A stretch of DNA of 64,000 nt from Lachnospiraceae bacterium (GCA_017625255.1 JAGALK010000145.1:2463-66462), one strand, 5' to 3'. Positions 8,441-18,165 are shown, counted from the stretch's first letter. The notes: generated from the letters alone by a model not told the origin. Translations and numbers: made by a program.

Positions 8441-10582
8441 CTACATAGATTTTCTGTCGGCAATTTCTGCCATTTTAGCCGGATTAAGCCTTGTATCTCC
8501 GTGTACCCTTGAAAACGATAAGTACCCGTTCATTCGGTCTATTTTTGTAAGGTTACGGCTACCGCATTTCGGACAGAAATCCATTTCCAATTCTTGATGT
8601 CCGCAATCGTCACAATATGCCAACGACATATTCAAGCCTTCATAAAAACCTAATTTCATAGCCCTGCGTACCAGTACAATCATTGCTTTTTTATTGTAAT
8701 TGATAGGATAGCGTACATACTGGATTTTACCGCCGTTAAAATAATTCCAAAATCTTCCTTCCAAATCCTGCTTTTCAATAGGAGATATGTCCTCTGTAAC
8801 ATGACAATGGAAGCTGTTAGATACATACTCACGGTCTGATACACCCTTAATAATACCAAATTCCTGCCTAAACTGCTTAATCTGCTTACCGCAAAGGCTT
8901 TCTGCGGGTGTGCCGTATACAGCGTATAATCTGCCGTCTTCTTTCTTAAATTCAGCAATCTTATCATTGATATACTGCATTACTTCTAGCGCAAAAGCAC
9001 CGTCTTCTGTAATAGATTTTCCATTATATAGCTGTTGCAATTCGTTTAACGCTGTTACGCCAAAGGAAGCAGTTGCGGATTTTAATACTGGTTCAATCTT
9101 ATCGGATAATTGCAAGTGACCGCCATAAAATCCACCTTCACAAAAGCCTAACGGGTTCATACTTGCACGCATCTGCGATAAATAGTCATAGGTTCGGAGA
9201 TGTAATTTTCTTATCATCTCCATATAGTAGTCTAATTCATCATAAAAGTTGGTGTTTGCCCTTAATGATTTTGCGTAAATCATCGGCAAATGAAGAGATA
9301 CGGCACCGATATTAAATCTTCCAATAAATACGGGTGTATCGTTTTCGTCAGCTGGTTCCATACCGCCTCTTTCATACCACGGCGATAAAAATGCCCTGCA
9401 ACCCATAGGAGAAATTGCTTTTTTGTATTTCTTATAAATACTTGCCACATATCCTTCTCCGGTCAGTGATAACCAGTCCGGGTACATCGTTTTTGCGGAA
9501 CATTCAATGCCTGCATTGAAGACATCTTCCATTTCCCCGCCTTCGCCGTGTAATTCTTCATCATAAAGAAATACTAACTTGGGGAAAAGTACGGGTTTCT
9601 TATTTTCTTTCTTTCCTTGTCCGTTCTTTCGTACTTCTAAAATAGCTTTGCAAAGTTCTTTGCCCCATTTGGTATTAGAAAGACCGAAAGTAGCAGTAAT
9701 AAAAGGATAATCGCCCCGGCTACTTGCTACGGTATTAAATTTATACTCCCAGCCTTGAAAACCTTGTCGCATATCTTCGCATACATCTTCATACGCTAAT
9801 TGTTCTGCATCTGCAAGGTTCATATTGCATTTTTGAGTGTATTTTTTTAAGTATTTCTGGTAGCTTTTTTCTGCATATTTTTCTAATATATCGTCTACTT
9901 CGGGAATAGTAAAGCCACCATATTGTTGTGAAGCACTCATAAGGACCAAATCGCCAATTACATCGAAAGCAGTGTCTAATGTCTTGGGTTCGTTGTACCA
10001 CATATTACTCATATTAAAACCGCCTTCCAGCACTTTTTTAATATTGAATAAACAGCAGTTCATTGTATCTTGCCTTGCAGATTTATCGTGAATATAGATA
10101 TATCCAATACTTTCTGCAATTTTTTCGTTCTGATTAAGGAAATATTCAAGATACTGGGCGGTTTCTAATGTTTCCAGCTTCTTTACTCTCTTTGTACTTA
10201 CGAGTGTAAGGTCAGAATTTGCGTTATCCTTTCCACCGTTACTTTGTTCCCCTAAAAACTGAATAGACTGACAATCTCTCCATACCTTTGCGTTCATTTC
10301 CGCTTCCTTCTTAATCCAGTTTCGGTATGAACGATAGCTTTCCGCTACATCGGGACGGACTTCCTGTAATGCCAATTCCACGAAAGAGTGTAAGCGAGAT
10401 ACTTCAATAACATTATCAGAACGGGAAAATACATTTTTTTCAACCAATCCTACGATTTTGCCGATTTCTTCTTCTGAAAACTCTGTTGCAATTCGTTCTG
10501 CGGATTTTTCTATCGCCTTTATAATCTTCCCGGCGTTCCAGTTTTCTAAATTTCCAGCTTTTTTTCGCACATAATATTTCAT
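8441..10582 (-). CDS. nrdD: anaerobic (class III) ribonucleoside-triphosphate reductase
   Basis: Trimmed to ATG 10582 (SD aggggg). Has an N-terminal ATP-cone-like segment, a C-terminal Zn ribbon CDDCGH...CPKCGS and a glycyl-radical region RMNGYLS. 713 aa with no interruption. Confidence 0.9.
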   Translation of the reverse strand: MKYYVRKKAGNLENWNAGKIIKAIEKSAERIATEFSEEEIGKIVGLVEKNVFSRSDNVIEVSRLHSFVELALQEVRPDVAESYRSYRNWIKKEAEMNAKVWRDCQSIQFLGEQSNGGKDNANSDLTLVSTKRVKKLETLETAQYLEYFLNQNEKIAESIGYIYIHDKSARQDTMNCCLFNIKKVLEGGFNMSNMWYNEPKTLDTAFDVIGDLVLMSASQQYGGFTIPEVDDILEKYAEKSYQKYLKKYTQKCNMNLADAEQLAYEDVCEDMRQGFQGWEYKFNTVASSRGDYPFITATFGLSNTKWGKELCKAILEVRKNGQGKKENKKPVLFPKLVFLYDEELHGEGGEMEDVFNAGIECSAKTMYPDWLSLTGEGYVASIYKKYKKAISPMGCRAFLSPWYERGGMEPADENDTPVFIGRFNIGAVSLHLPMIYAKSLRANTNFYDELDYYMEMIRKLHLRTYDYLSQMRASMNPLGFCEGGFYGGHLQLSDKIEPVLKSATASFGVTALNELQQLYNGKSITEDGAFALEVMQYINDKIAEFKKEDGRLYAVYGTPAESLCGKQIKQFRQEFGIIKGVSDREYVSNSFHCHVTEDISPIEKQDLEGRFWNYFNGGKIQYVRYPINYNKKAMIVLVRRAMKLGFYEGLNMSLAYCDDCGHQELEMDFCPKCGSRNLTKIDRMNGYLSFSRVHGDTRLNPAKMAEIADRKSM

Positions 10583-10601
10583 ATTTATACCCCCTAAAAA
10601 G

Positions 10602-10642
10602 AAAAAAAAGACAGCTTTCACAAATTTTTTGTAAAAACTGCC
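10602..10642 (-). terminator. terminator-like hairpin inside the nrdD leader
   Basis: GGCAGUUUUUACAAA-AAA-UUUGUGAAAGCUGUC followed by U8. Located between the nrdD promoter and RBS. Confidence 0.5.
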
Positions 10643-10680
10643 TTTTCATTGAAAAAGTTTTGTTGTTATAAAGTAAACTT

Positions 10681-10732
10681 ATAATATCATAAGCGGTAAA
10701 AATTTGCAAGAACTATTTTGTTAATGTATACT
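10681..10732. promoter_or_regulatory. back-to-back divergent promoters sharing one palindromic -35 hexamer
   Basis: TTGCAA at 10704-10709 is its own reverse complement. Plus strand: 17 bp then TATACT 10727-10732 (toward 10768). Minus strand: 17 bp then TATTAT 10686-10681 (toward nrdD). Confidence 0.55.
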
Positions 10733-10767
10733 ATACAGTAATAAATAATATAGAATGGAGTGGTTTT

Positions 10768-11427
10768 ATGCTTTTTTTTGAAGAAGAGAAGATTTCGACA
10801 GCTGACAAGCCTAAAAATACTCAAAAAAAGGCTGATTTGTCTGTTTTTTATAAGAAATTCTCCGATATGGAAGTATTGATCCGTGAAATTCAGCAAGCAT
10901 CTGACAGTAAGAGTGCTGTTGCTTTATCTAACCGTCTATTATCATCTGTTAATCTGCTATATCGGGACATGAAAGAAGTGCTTTCAAGGTACCTTTTTTC
11001 GACTTATCAAGAACCTCCTGCTGTATTACAGCGTCCGGTAAAAGCTACGGTAGATTATTCAGATAAGGTACTCTATATTTCTTTTGATTGCCTTCCTGCT
11101 AAAAGAATAAAGAACATTTATGATATAAACCACACTTTTTCTTATTGTTTCGGCAATGCCCTTGATGATGCAAATTCTTGGTACCGTCAAATCAATGGTA
11201 TTATTCCACGGTACCGAGAAAAAGTAGTGATATGGTATATCGTTCATTATAAAAAAGAAACGAATGTATGCGATTATGATAATTATGATTTTAAGCCCAT
11301 AACCGATAGTATTTCTTCTCTTTTTTTGCAGGACGATGCACCGCAGTTTGTTTCACAGTTTTTTGATGCGTGTGAAGATACCAATGATTATTTAGAAATC
11401 CGGGTACTTCCCCAAACGCAGTTTTAA
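10768..11427 (+). CDS. protein with C-terminal RusA-like Holliday-junction resolvase motif (219 aa)
   Basis: ATG 10768 with SD aatggag. CDYDNYDFKPITDSISSLFLQDDAPQFV matches the RusA DxDNxxKxxxDxL...DD signature. The N-terminal ~90 aa are unassigned. Confidence 0.45.
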   Translation: MLFFEEEKISTADKPKNTQKKADLSVFYKKFSDMEVLIREIQQASDSKSAVALSNRLLSSVNLLYRDMKEVLSRYLFSTYQEPPAVLQRPVKATVDYSDKVLYISFDCLPAKRIKNIYDINHTFSYCFGNALDDANSWYRQINGIIPRYREKVVIWYIVHYKKETNVCDYDNYDFKPITDSISSLFLQDDAPQFVSQFFDACEDTNDYLEIRVLPQTQF

Positions 11428-11439
11428 GGAGATTTTAAT

Positions 11440-11772
11440 ATGTCAGAAGATAGTATCATTGAAAAATTACATAGCATATCTGAAATGTATTCCGATAATT
11501 CTTCCAGCAATGAAGCTATTACGCAAGCTATTTCTTATATAGAAGAATTGAAAGAATATCATTCTGTCGGCACCGTCAATTATGTCCGTGAATTGAATGA
11601 TTTATATGTAGGCAAAGAACCGCTGTTTGTGAAGCGTTCTTTTACCAATTTTTATATTTGCCCCCATTGTTCAACGAATGAAACTTATAATCCCGTTTAT
11701 TCCCAAGCAGAGCATTGTAGTAAATGCGGTGGCAGGCTTTTATGGAAACACAAGGAAAGAAAGGAGAACTAA
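11440..11772 (+). CDS. small zinc-ribbon protein (110 aa)
   Basis: ATG 11440 with SD aaggag; CPHC...CSKCGG pair at the C-terminus. Confidence 0.55.
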   Translation: MSEDSIIEKLHSISEMYSDNSSSNEAITQAISYIEELKEYHSVGTVNYVRELNDLYVGKEPLFVKRSFTNFYICPHCSTNETYNPVYSQAEHCSKCGGRLLWKHKERKEN

Positions 11773-11774
11773 CG

Positions 11775-13979
11775 ATGTCAAAAATGATTATTATTACAGA
11801 AAAACCGTCTGTCGCACAAGATTACCGCAAATATTTGCAGGTTAATTCCACAGAAAAAAACGACGGTTATATTGAAGGTTATTCTACTGTTTTTAATAAG
11901 GAAGTAATTATTACATGGGCGAGGGGACACCTTGTTACGATGTCATATCCGCAGGCTTACGACGAAAGCCTTAAACAGTGGTCCCTTGATAGTCTTCCTT
12001 TTCTTCCTGCGGAATATAAGTATGAAGTTATTGCAGATGTAAAAAAACAATTCTATACCATAAAAAAGTTATACCACCGGGACGATATTGATGCCATTTA
12101 TTACGCAGGTGATAGTGCCCGTGAAGGTCTTTATATTCAAATGCTTATTCGCCAAATTGCAGGCGTAAAGCGTGGAATAACAGAAAAAGTAGTATGGATT
12201 GACAGCACTACGGAGAAGGAAATACTACGAGGGATCCGTGAGGCGAAAGATATTAGTGCTTATCAATTAAAGAAAGAAAGTGCCTATATGCGTGCAATCG
12301 AAGATTACGCTGTCGGCATCAATTTTTCAAGAGCCTTAACCTGTAAATTCGGTGCTGATTTCAATAAAACATTAGGTACAAGCAGTTGGACTTCCATATC
12401 AGCCGGGCGTGTAATGAGTTGCGTTTTAGGTATGATTGTTTCAAGGGAAAGAGAAATTAAAAATTTCGTTGTTACTCCCTTTTATCGTGTCGTAGCTGAT
12501 GTAGCAGGCGTTACGGCTAACTGGAAGGCTGTAAGCACTTCTGCGTGGTTTGAAAGCCCGCTTTTATATAACGAAACGGGATTTATTAAGGAAAGCGATG
12601 CAAGCCTCCTTGTTAATACTATGCAGAAGACACCTACACTTACTGTTGATAAGGTAAAAACAACCGAAGAGAAAAAGGGTGCGTCCCTTTTATTCAATCT
12701 TGCGGAATTACAGTATTTTTGTTCCAAGAAGTATAAGATTTCGCCCGATGATACTCTTGCCGTAGCACAGAAACTATACGAGGCAAAAATGATAACTTAT
12801 CCGAGAACTGATGCAAGAGTATTATCAACTGCGATTGCATCTGATTTACGAGATAATTTGAATGGGCTTGCAAAGTTTGGATATAAAAGCCATTTTATTA
12901 AAATTATTGCACAGAACGGTTGGCATCATAATATCGTAAAATCTCCTTATGTTGATGATGCGAAAATTTCAGACCACTATGCGATTATTCCTACGGGTAA
13001 TACTGCCAGCGTGAATGAATTATCAGACCTTGAATTGAATATCTTTTATGATATTATTGAAAGGTTTTTATGTATATTCTTCCCTCCTTGCGTTTACGAA
13101 AAAACAGAAGTGGTTTTCGCCCATGTTCTCGGAGAACGCTTCTTTGCATCTGCAAAAACTATTAAAAGCGTAGGGTTTATGGCTATCCTTGACGAAACCA
13201 CGGAAACGGAAGAAAATCCATTAAGCCTTTTAAAAGAGGGCGATGAATTTAATGATATTCCTTTTTCTATAAAGGAAGGTACCACTACACCTCCGAAACG
13301 ATATACTTCGGGTAGTATGGTGATCGCAATGGAAAATGCAGGAAAAATGATAGAAGATGAAGAATTGCGTGCCAATATTATCGGTTCCGGTATCGGCACC
13401 TCTGCGACAAGGGCTTCCATTATTAAAAAGCTGGTTGATATTTCCTATATACAGCTGAACAAAAAGACACAGATACTTACCCCTACCGTGATAGGAGAGA
13501 GTGTTTATGATATTCTTCTTGCTAATATGCCTGCGTTGCTGTCCCCGGAAATGACTGCATCTTGGGAAAAGGGTTTGACTGAAATCGAAGACGGTAAAGT
13601 AACTGCGGAAGAATACCGCAGGAAGTTGGAAAAATATGTGACTGATGAAGTCAATAAAATCAAACAGTCGCAAAGTTCTTTTGAACTGCCCGAAGGCGTG
13701 GAAATTCAGAAACTTATGTGTCCGGTCTGCGGAAAGGGAGAAGTAAGAGAGAACTCAAAAGGCTTTGGCTGTTCTGATTACCGCAACGGCTGTAAATTCT
13801 TCATTCAGAAGGAAATTGCCGGGAAGAAGATAACGGTAAATCAAGTTGCTAAATTAGTCGCAGGAGAGCGTACTGGTGTCCTCAAAGGCTTTAAGAATAA
13901 AGAGGGTAAGGAGTTTAGTGCATCGTTAGAGTTGCAGAATGGAAAAGTAGCTTTTGTATTTCCAAGAAAAAAGTCATAA
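11775..13979 (+). CDS. type IA DNA topoisomerase (topoisomerase III-like) with C-terminal zinc ribbons
   Basis: Trimmed to ATG 11775 (SD aaaggag). TOPRIM start MIIITEKPSVA, acidic motif GDSAREG, active-site region ITYPRTDA, and C-terminal CPVCGKG...CSDYRNGCKF. Confidence 0.85.
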   Translation: MSKMIIITEKPSVAQDYRKYLQVNSTEKNDGYIEGYSTVFNKEVIITWARGHLVTMSYPQAYDESLKQWSLDSLPFLPAEYKYEVIADVKKQFYTIKKLYHRDDIDAIYYAGDSAREGLYIQMLIRQIAGVKRGITEKVVWIDSTTEKEILRGIREAKDISAYQLKKESAYMRAIEDYAVGINFSRALTCKFGADFNKTLGTSSWTSISAGRVMSCVLGMIVSREREIKNFVVTPFYRVVADVAGVTANWKAVSTSAWFESPLLYNETGFIKESDASLLVNTMQKTPTLTVDKVKTTEEKKGASLLFNLAELQYFCSKKYKISPDDTLAVAQKLYEAKMITYPRTDARVLSTAIASDLRDNLNGLAKFGYKSHFIKIIAQNGWHHNIVKSPYVDDAKISDHYAIIPTGNTASVNELSDLELNIFYDIIERFLCIFFPPCVYEKTEVVFAHVLGERFFASAKTIKSVGFMAILDETTETEENPLSLLKEGDEFNDIPFSIKEGTTTPPKRYTSGSMVIAMENAGKMIEDEELRANIIGSGIGTSATRASIIKKLVDISYIQLNKKTQILTPTVIGESVYDILLANMPALLSPEMTASWEKGLTEIEDGKVTAEEYRRKLEKYVTDEVNKIKQSQSSFELPEGVEIQKLMCPVCGKGEVRENSKGFGCSDYRNGCKFFIQKEIAGKKITVNQVAKLVAGERTGVLKGFKNKEGKEFSASLELQNGKVAFVFPRKKS

Positions 13980-14007
13980 AAATTGTAAATAAAGGAGATG
14001 CAAGATA

Positions 14008-14535
14008 ATGTTTCGTAAAAAGGCACTTCAAGAAGAACTTAATTATAAGGAAGAAATTATAAAGGAACAAGGGGAACTGTTGTCGCATATTCAACAGCAA
14101 GCAATGTTAAATGACGGATATTATATCTTAACAGGACAGATTACGAACTATGAATTGTTACACTGTTTTGATAAGTATGTTCATTGGGACGATACCTACA
14201 CAAACGAGGAATTACTCAATATGCTTATTTCCGCAAAAGAATTTTTAGATCGAGTGGAAGTAAGTTGTGTAAGTTTTTATAATATTAGAGAAGATATAAT
14301 TAAACAGAACAGACCATTATCATTTCGACAGGCAAGTCGAAGTCTTGCTGTAACGGAACTTATTATTGAAGGTAATTATAATGAAGCGATGCACGAATTA
14401 CAGGATTGCATTGTAAATTATCGAAATGATGAAAGATTAAAAATCAGTGTTATTTCTGTTAATGAATACACAATTTATATGTGCCTCATTGAGTTTTTTA
14501 TACATCAAATTTCTGCTTCCTGTAAAGAATTATAG
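14008..14535 (+). CDS. hypothetical protein (175 aa)
   Basis: ATG 14008 with SD aaaggag; followed by a bidirectional terminator. Confidence 0.55.
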   Translation: MFRKKALQEELNYKEEIIKEQGELLSHIQQQAMLNDGYYILTGQITNYELLHCFDKYVHWDDTYTNEELLNMLISAKEFLDRVEVSCVSFYNIREDIIKQNRPLSFRQASRSLAVTELIIEGNYNEAMHELQDCIVNYRNDERLKISVISVNEYTIYMCLIEFFIHQISASCKEL

Positions 14536-14545
14536 TAAAATAAAG

Positions 14546-14578
14546 AAAACCGCCAACTTCATTGTTAGCGGTTTTTTC
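14546..14578. terminator. bidirectional terminator between convergent genes
   Basis: AAACCGC...GCGGTTT hairpin flanked by an A-run and a T-run. Confidence 0.7.
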
Positions 14579-14579
14579 T

Positions 14580-15623
14580 TTACTTTCTCTCTCTTATTTG
14601 TTTTAATTTTTCCTCCGGGAATTTTGCGTAGTGGCGTTGCGTAGTGCTTACCGATGCGTGTCCGAGAGCCTTTTGGACCAAATATAAGTCCCCAGTTTCT
14701 CCGTATAATTCGGTACCGAAGGTTTTACGCAGGGTATGTGGAGTAGCTTTTGTGCCAACCATTACACCGCTTGTATAATTCTTTATGATAATTTCAACCA
14801 TTCTTACGGATATACGCTTTTTTTGACGGGAAACGAAGAGTGGTTCGTTTCTTATTTCCTGCTGATCCGCACTGCGTCCTAACAGCTGGTTTCTTTCTAT
14901 ATCCATATAATCCAGCAAAGCGAAGAGTGCTTCTTTATTGAAATATACAGCTTCGTATTTACCGCCTTTTCGGGTAACAAATACTCTTTGTTCTGCAAAG
15001 TCCACATCTGCATCATCAAGATTAACCAATTCCGACACACGAATACCCGTTGATAAAAACAGCTTATAGATAGCCATATCCCTATATTTCGTTTTTTCAT
15101 GGTATTTCTGTGCCTGTTCGGTTTTTCTGCGTCCGGTTTCAATATCGTCTTCGATGCGGTCTTTTTCCTTCTGCGAAATTACAACAATGTCTTTTTCCTT
15201 AATTTTGGGAATATAAACAAATTCCGCAGGAGAACGGTCTATTTTTCCAATATGTCCGAAGTGCTTATACAGTGCCTTTAAACACATCAATTTCCGCTTT
15301 TTCCCTTGTTCACTGTTTTTATATATTTTGCCGTCCATTTCGTATTCTGTCAGATAGAGCAGATAATCGTCTATATCCGTAGATTGCAGTGATGCTATAT
15401 CCTGCAATGTAATATCTTCAATTTTCTCATAAGGAAATTTATCGGGAAAAGCATTGAGAAGATAACTCAAAAACACTCTTAAATCCCCAGCATACGCTAA
15501 TTTCGTTCCTATCTGGTACCTTGCATCGTGAGCATTAAAAAACTCATTACAAAACAGCGGAAGAGTACGCTTAATCTCTATAAATTCATCAAATTTATCT
15601 TTTTTTTTCTTTTCTTCTGCCAT
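14580..15623 (-). CDS. tyrosine site-specific recombinase (XerC/XerD / phage integrase family)
   Basis: STGIRVSELVNL (Arg box), HTLRKTFGT (HxxR) and LGHASVSTTQRHY (His...Tyr), in the canonical order. Confidence 0.85.
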   Translation of the reverse strand: MAEEKKKKDKFDEFIEIKRTLPLFCNEFFNAHDARYQIGTKLAYAGDLRVFLSYLLNAFPDKFPYEKIEDITLQDIASLQSTDIDDYLLYLTEYEMDGKIYKNSEQGKKRKLMCLKALYKHFGHIGKIDRSPAEFVYIPKIKEKDIVVISQKEKDRIEDDIETGRRKTEQAQKYHEKTKYRDMAIYKLFLSTGIRVSELVNLDDADVDFAEQRVFVTRKGGKYEAVYFNKEALFALLDYMDIERNQLLGRSADQQEIRNEPLFVSRQKKRISVRMVEIIIKNYTSGVMVGTKATPHTLRKTFGTELYGETGDLYLVQKALGHASVSTTQRHYAKFPEEKLKQIRERK

Positions 15624-15627
15624 AGTA

Positions 15628-15972
15628 TCAGCCCTCTATGCAATGATAATTTGTCATAAGTGAAATTAAATGAAGTAATTGCTGTTTTGTAATCAACTTA
15701 TCATCATAAGCCTTTTGGAGCCTTTCGTTCATTTTTTTCCATTCCGAAATCGTTAGCTTTTCTTCTTGGCTCTTGTAGTCCATAGCATCGACTTCAAATA
15801 ATAATAATTTATAGGCTTCAAATTCTAAATTATAAGATTTGTCCTGCGTATTTCCCAGTGCAAATATGGCATATCTTAATGCACCTACACTTTCAGTATC
15901 TTCATTCTTTTCTGCAACTTCCAATAATTCATACATCAATTCATACAATTTTTCAATCTTTTCTTTTTCCAT
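15628..15972 (-). CDS. hypothetical protein (114 aa)
   Basis: ATG 15972 with SD ggaggg; 4-nt gap to the recombinase gene. Confidence 0.55.
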   Translation of the reverse strand: MEKEKIEKLYELMYELLEVAEKNEDTESVGALRYAIFALGNTQDKSYNLEFEAYKLLLFEVDAMDYKSQEEKLTISEWKKMNERLQKAYDDKLITKQQLLHLISLMTNYHCIEG

Positions 15973-16066
15973 TTTTACCCTCCAAAAAAACCGTAATTTA
16001 TATACTTTTTCGCTAAACTATTGTTTATCGAAATAATTTTACTACTATTTTAGTGGCTTGTAAAGT

Positions 16067-16102
16067 AAAAAAAGAGAAGAAAATTTATATGTTTTCCTCT
16101 CT
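16067..16102 (-). terminator. intrinsic terminator
   Basis: GAGAGGAAAAC AUAUAAA UUUUCUUCUC followed by U7. Confidence 0.65.
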
Positions 16103-16166
16103 CCTTATATCCTTTCTAATACCGGACGGTTCTTTCAGTATACCGTTACACATATAATACTCTTTA

Positions 16167-16859
16167 TTATTTATTGAACCTCTCTTTTAATCTGTCAATA
16201 TGATTTTTACTTTTTTCAGCACAATGGTCTATAATTTCATCATAAACCGAAAAATCAATTTTATTACCTGCAAAAACTTCTCTTGCTTTTGGTAAATGAA
16301 ACGATGCAATGTCACTTTTTCCAAACATATCTTCATATAGAATATATACTATGCTTTTTTTAACATATATTTGAGAAATAACCTTTGCTTCATTAAATAC
16401 GCCATTTATTAAATCAATTTTTTCGTATAATTTGCAAAATTCTGCAAACTGCTCTTTTGATAATAGCCTGCCACTCATAAGACCTTTACCAATTAGATAT
16501 TCGTCATACTTTCTTGATATGAATTTCGATATTCTATTCGGTAAATATGCCACCATAAATATAGTTAAAATAATAGAATAAATACCGCCGAAAACTCCTA
16601 CTATTGTCTGCATAAGCACAGTCCCGGGCATTAACCCATAATATTCTACTGCGTCTCTAAAACAGTATGCTATTACAGAGAGAATATCAAATCTTCCATA
16701 CGCTACGCATATCAATACCCAACCAAGCAAGATGTCAATTCTTAATAATATTCGTAGCCTTATGGTGTGTTTTGATTGTTTTATCTGATTTCCGTAATAC
16801 AGTCCCATTATGTCGTTTACCGTATATTTGGATTTAATAATTTCGTACTTTTCTTCCAT
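16167..16859 (-). CDS. membrane protein (230 aa, 2-3 predicted TM segments)
   Basis: ATG 16859. Hydrophobic stretches ILLGWVLICVAYG, VGVFGGIYSIILTIFMVAYL. Terminator downstream. Confidence 0.55.
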   Translation of the reverse strand: MEEKYEIIKSKYTVNDIMGLYYGNQIKQSKHTIRLRILLRIDILLGWVLICVAYGRFDILSVIAYCFRDAVEYYGLMPGTVLMQTIVGVFGGIYSIILTIFMVAYLPNRISKFISRKYDEYLIGKGLMSGRLLSKEQFAEFCKLYEKIDLINGVFNEAKVISQIYVKKSIVYILYEDMFGKSDIASFHLPKAREVFAGNKIDFSVYDEIIDHCAEKSKNHIDRLKERFNK

Positions 16860-16894
16860 TTAATTTCCTACTGTACCTTATACTTTAATATATG

Positions 16895-17110
16895 CTAATA
16901 ATTTACTTCTCCAAGAGCATATTTGCTTTCCCTAAAAGAAAATTCCGATCTGTTTAATCCGGCTTCTTCCTTTTTTTTCAAATACAAATCTTTTGCAACG
17001 ATAATATCTTCTTCACTACCAAAAATACCAACAACTTCGTAATGTTCATCGTAGGTATGTTTTACCTCTATAAGCCACAAATCCATTGCATTTTTATAAT
17101 CACCTATCAT
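16895..17110 (-). CDS. hypothetical protein (71 aa)
   Basis: ATG 17110; weak SD gggg. Confidence 0.5.
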   Translation of the reverse strand: MIGDYKNAMDLWLIEVKHTYDEHYEVVGIFGSEEDIIVAKDLYLKKKEEAGLNRSEFSFRESKYALGEVNY

Positions 17111-17128
17111 ACACCATTCCCCACCATT

Positions 17129-17314
17129 CTATTTATTGAAAATAATATTATACGCCTTATCTCTTTGTTCTGAATTATCGAAAAACACTACAAACAACGG
17201 GCTTCCGTCTATAATGGATTTCTTATCGTCGTCCACTATGGTATTGTTGTCTATATAACCTGCTTTTCGTAATTTTGCAATGTCTTTTTCCTTTAAACCA
17301 TATAATTCCTTCAC
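17129..17314 (-). CDS. hypothetical protein (61 aa)
   Basis: GTG start only and a distant SD; kept because it fills the gap in the co-directional train. Confidence 0.35.
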   Translation of the reverse strand: MKELYGLKEKDIAKLRKAGYIDNNTIVDDDKKSIIDGSPLFVVFFDNSEQRDKAYNIIFNK

Positions 17315-17320
17315 TATACT

Positions 17321-17608
17321 TTATTTCCCTTCTCTTTCTACAATCGTTTCTATCAAAAAACTTGCATCAGCCAATGTAGCGGAGTGTAAATCACAGCTGA
17401 TAGCCTGCTCGTCCTCTGCAACTTCGCTGAAATGCTTATAAATCTCTTTCATTAGCCCGGCATCTACTGATCCGTTTCTAAATTCCTTCGTAATCGGCAT
17501 ATTAAGAAGTTCCTCGCAACTGCCAATAAGGTTCCACATTTCCGTATTTATTCTCGCACACTCTGTTGCAAATTTCTTGATTTCTTCCTCGCTATATGTC
17601 TTCCCCAT
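17321..17608 (-). CDS. hypothetical protein (95 aa)
   Basis: ATG 17608 with SD aaaggag. Confidence 0.55.
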   Translation of the reverse strand: MGKTYSEEEIKKFATECARINTEMWNLIGSCEELLNMPITKEFRNGSVDAGLMKEIYKHFSEVAEDEQAISCDLHSATLADASFLIETIVEREGK

Positions 17609-17613
17609 TACTT

Positions 17614-17880
17614 TTACTCCTTTTCACTGTAATAATCAAATACAGCCCTTGCTTTTTCAGATATTTCCTTTCCAATATCCTCTAATTGTGTACCTTTTGT
17701 AAGATTTTCCAAAATCATCAGTATCGCGTCTTCTGTATTATACCTATGGTCTGCAAATTTGCCAGTCAATAAGTCATTAGACCACATAGCATTTTTAATA
17801 GTATCAATACTTGGAATATCCCCCATTTTATCTATTAAATATTCATGTTTCTTTGATAACTTATATTTATCCTTTGGCAT
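17614..17880 (-). CDS. hypothetical protein (88 aa)
   Basis: ATG 17880 with SD ggaggtg. Confidence 0.55.
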   Translation of the reverse strand: MPKDKYKLSKKHEYLIDKMGDIPSIDTIKNAMWSNDLLTGKFADHRYNTEDAILMILENLTKGTQLEDIGKEISEKARAVFDYYSEKE

Positions 17881-17912
17881 CTGAACACCTCCAAAAATCT
17901 TAATTTACCTGC

Positions 17913-18161
17913 TTAATAATCCTTTCTCCGCATCTGCTCTGCCAATTCTTCAAATAATTCCTGCTTTGCAGTTATTTCCAAAGCATCTTTATTTACTTCA
18001 TAACATTTACATTTGTTGCGATAACTATGTTGTCTATAACAAGTGACTTGCAATCCTTTTTTACACTCCCCAATAACACCGATGCAGGGCGTACCTATAA
18101 AATTCATACAATCATTACATTCTTTTTTACGCTTCAAAATCGCTTTTCGTGTTCGCCCCAT
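17913..18161 (-). CDS. Cys-rich small protein (82 aa)
   Basis: Trimmed to ATG 18161 (SD gggagag), 5 nt after the upstream stop; contains 8 Cys. Confidence 0.5.
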   Translation of the reverse strand: MGRTRKAILKRKKECNDCMNFIGTPCIGVIGECKKGLQVTCYRQHSYRNKCKCYEVNKDALEITAKQELFEELAEQMRRKDY

Positions 18162-18165
18162 ACCT

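Noticed and set aside
8441-10582. Group I intron or intein in nrdD, as in some phages.
   Set aside because: The ORF is continuous at a normal length (713 aa), with the Zn ribbon and glycyl-radical region in place. No extra ORF-free insert is present.
14580-15623. Using the tyrosine recombinase to call a prophage boundary or att site.
   Set aside because: There is no flanking tRNA and I found no direct repeats or core-type sites. Genes on both sides are the same mobile-element-type content. The recombinase may equally be a Xer-like multimer resolvase.
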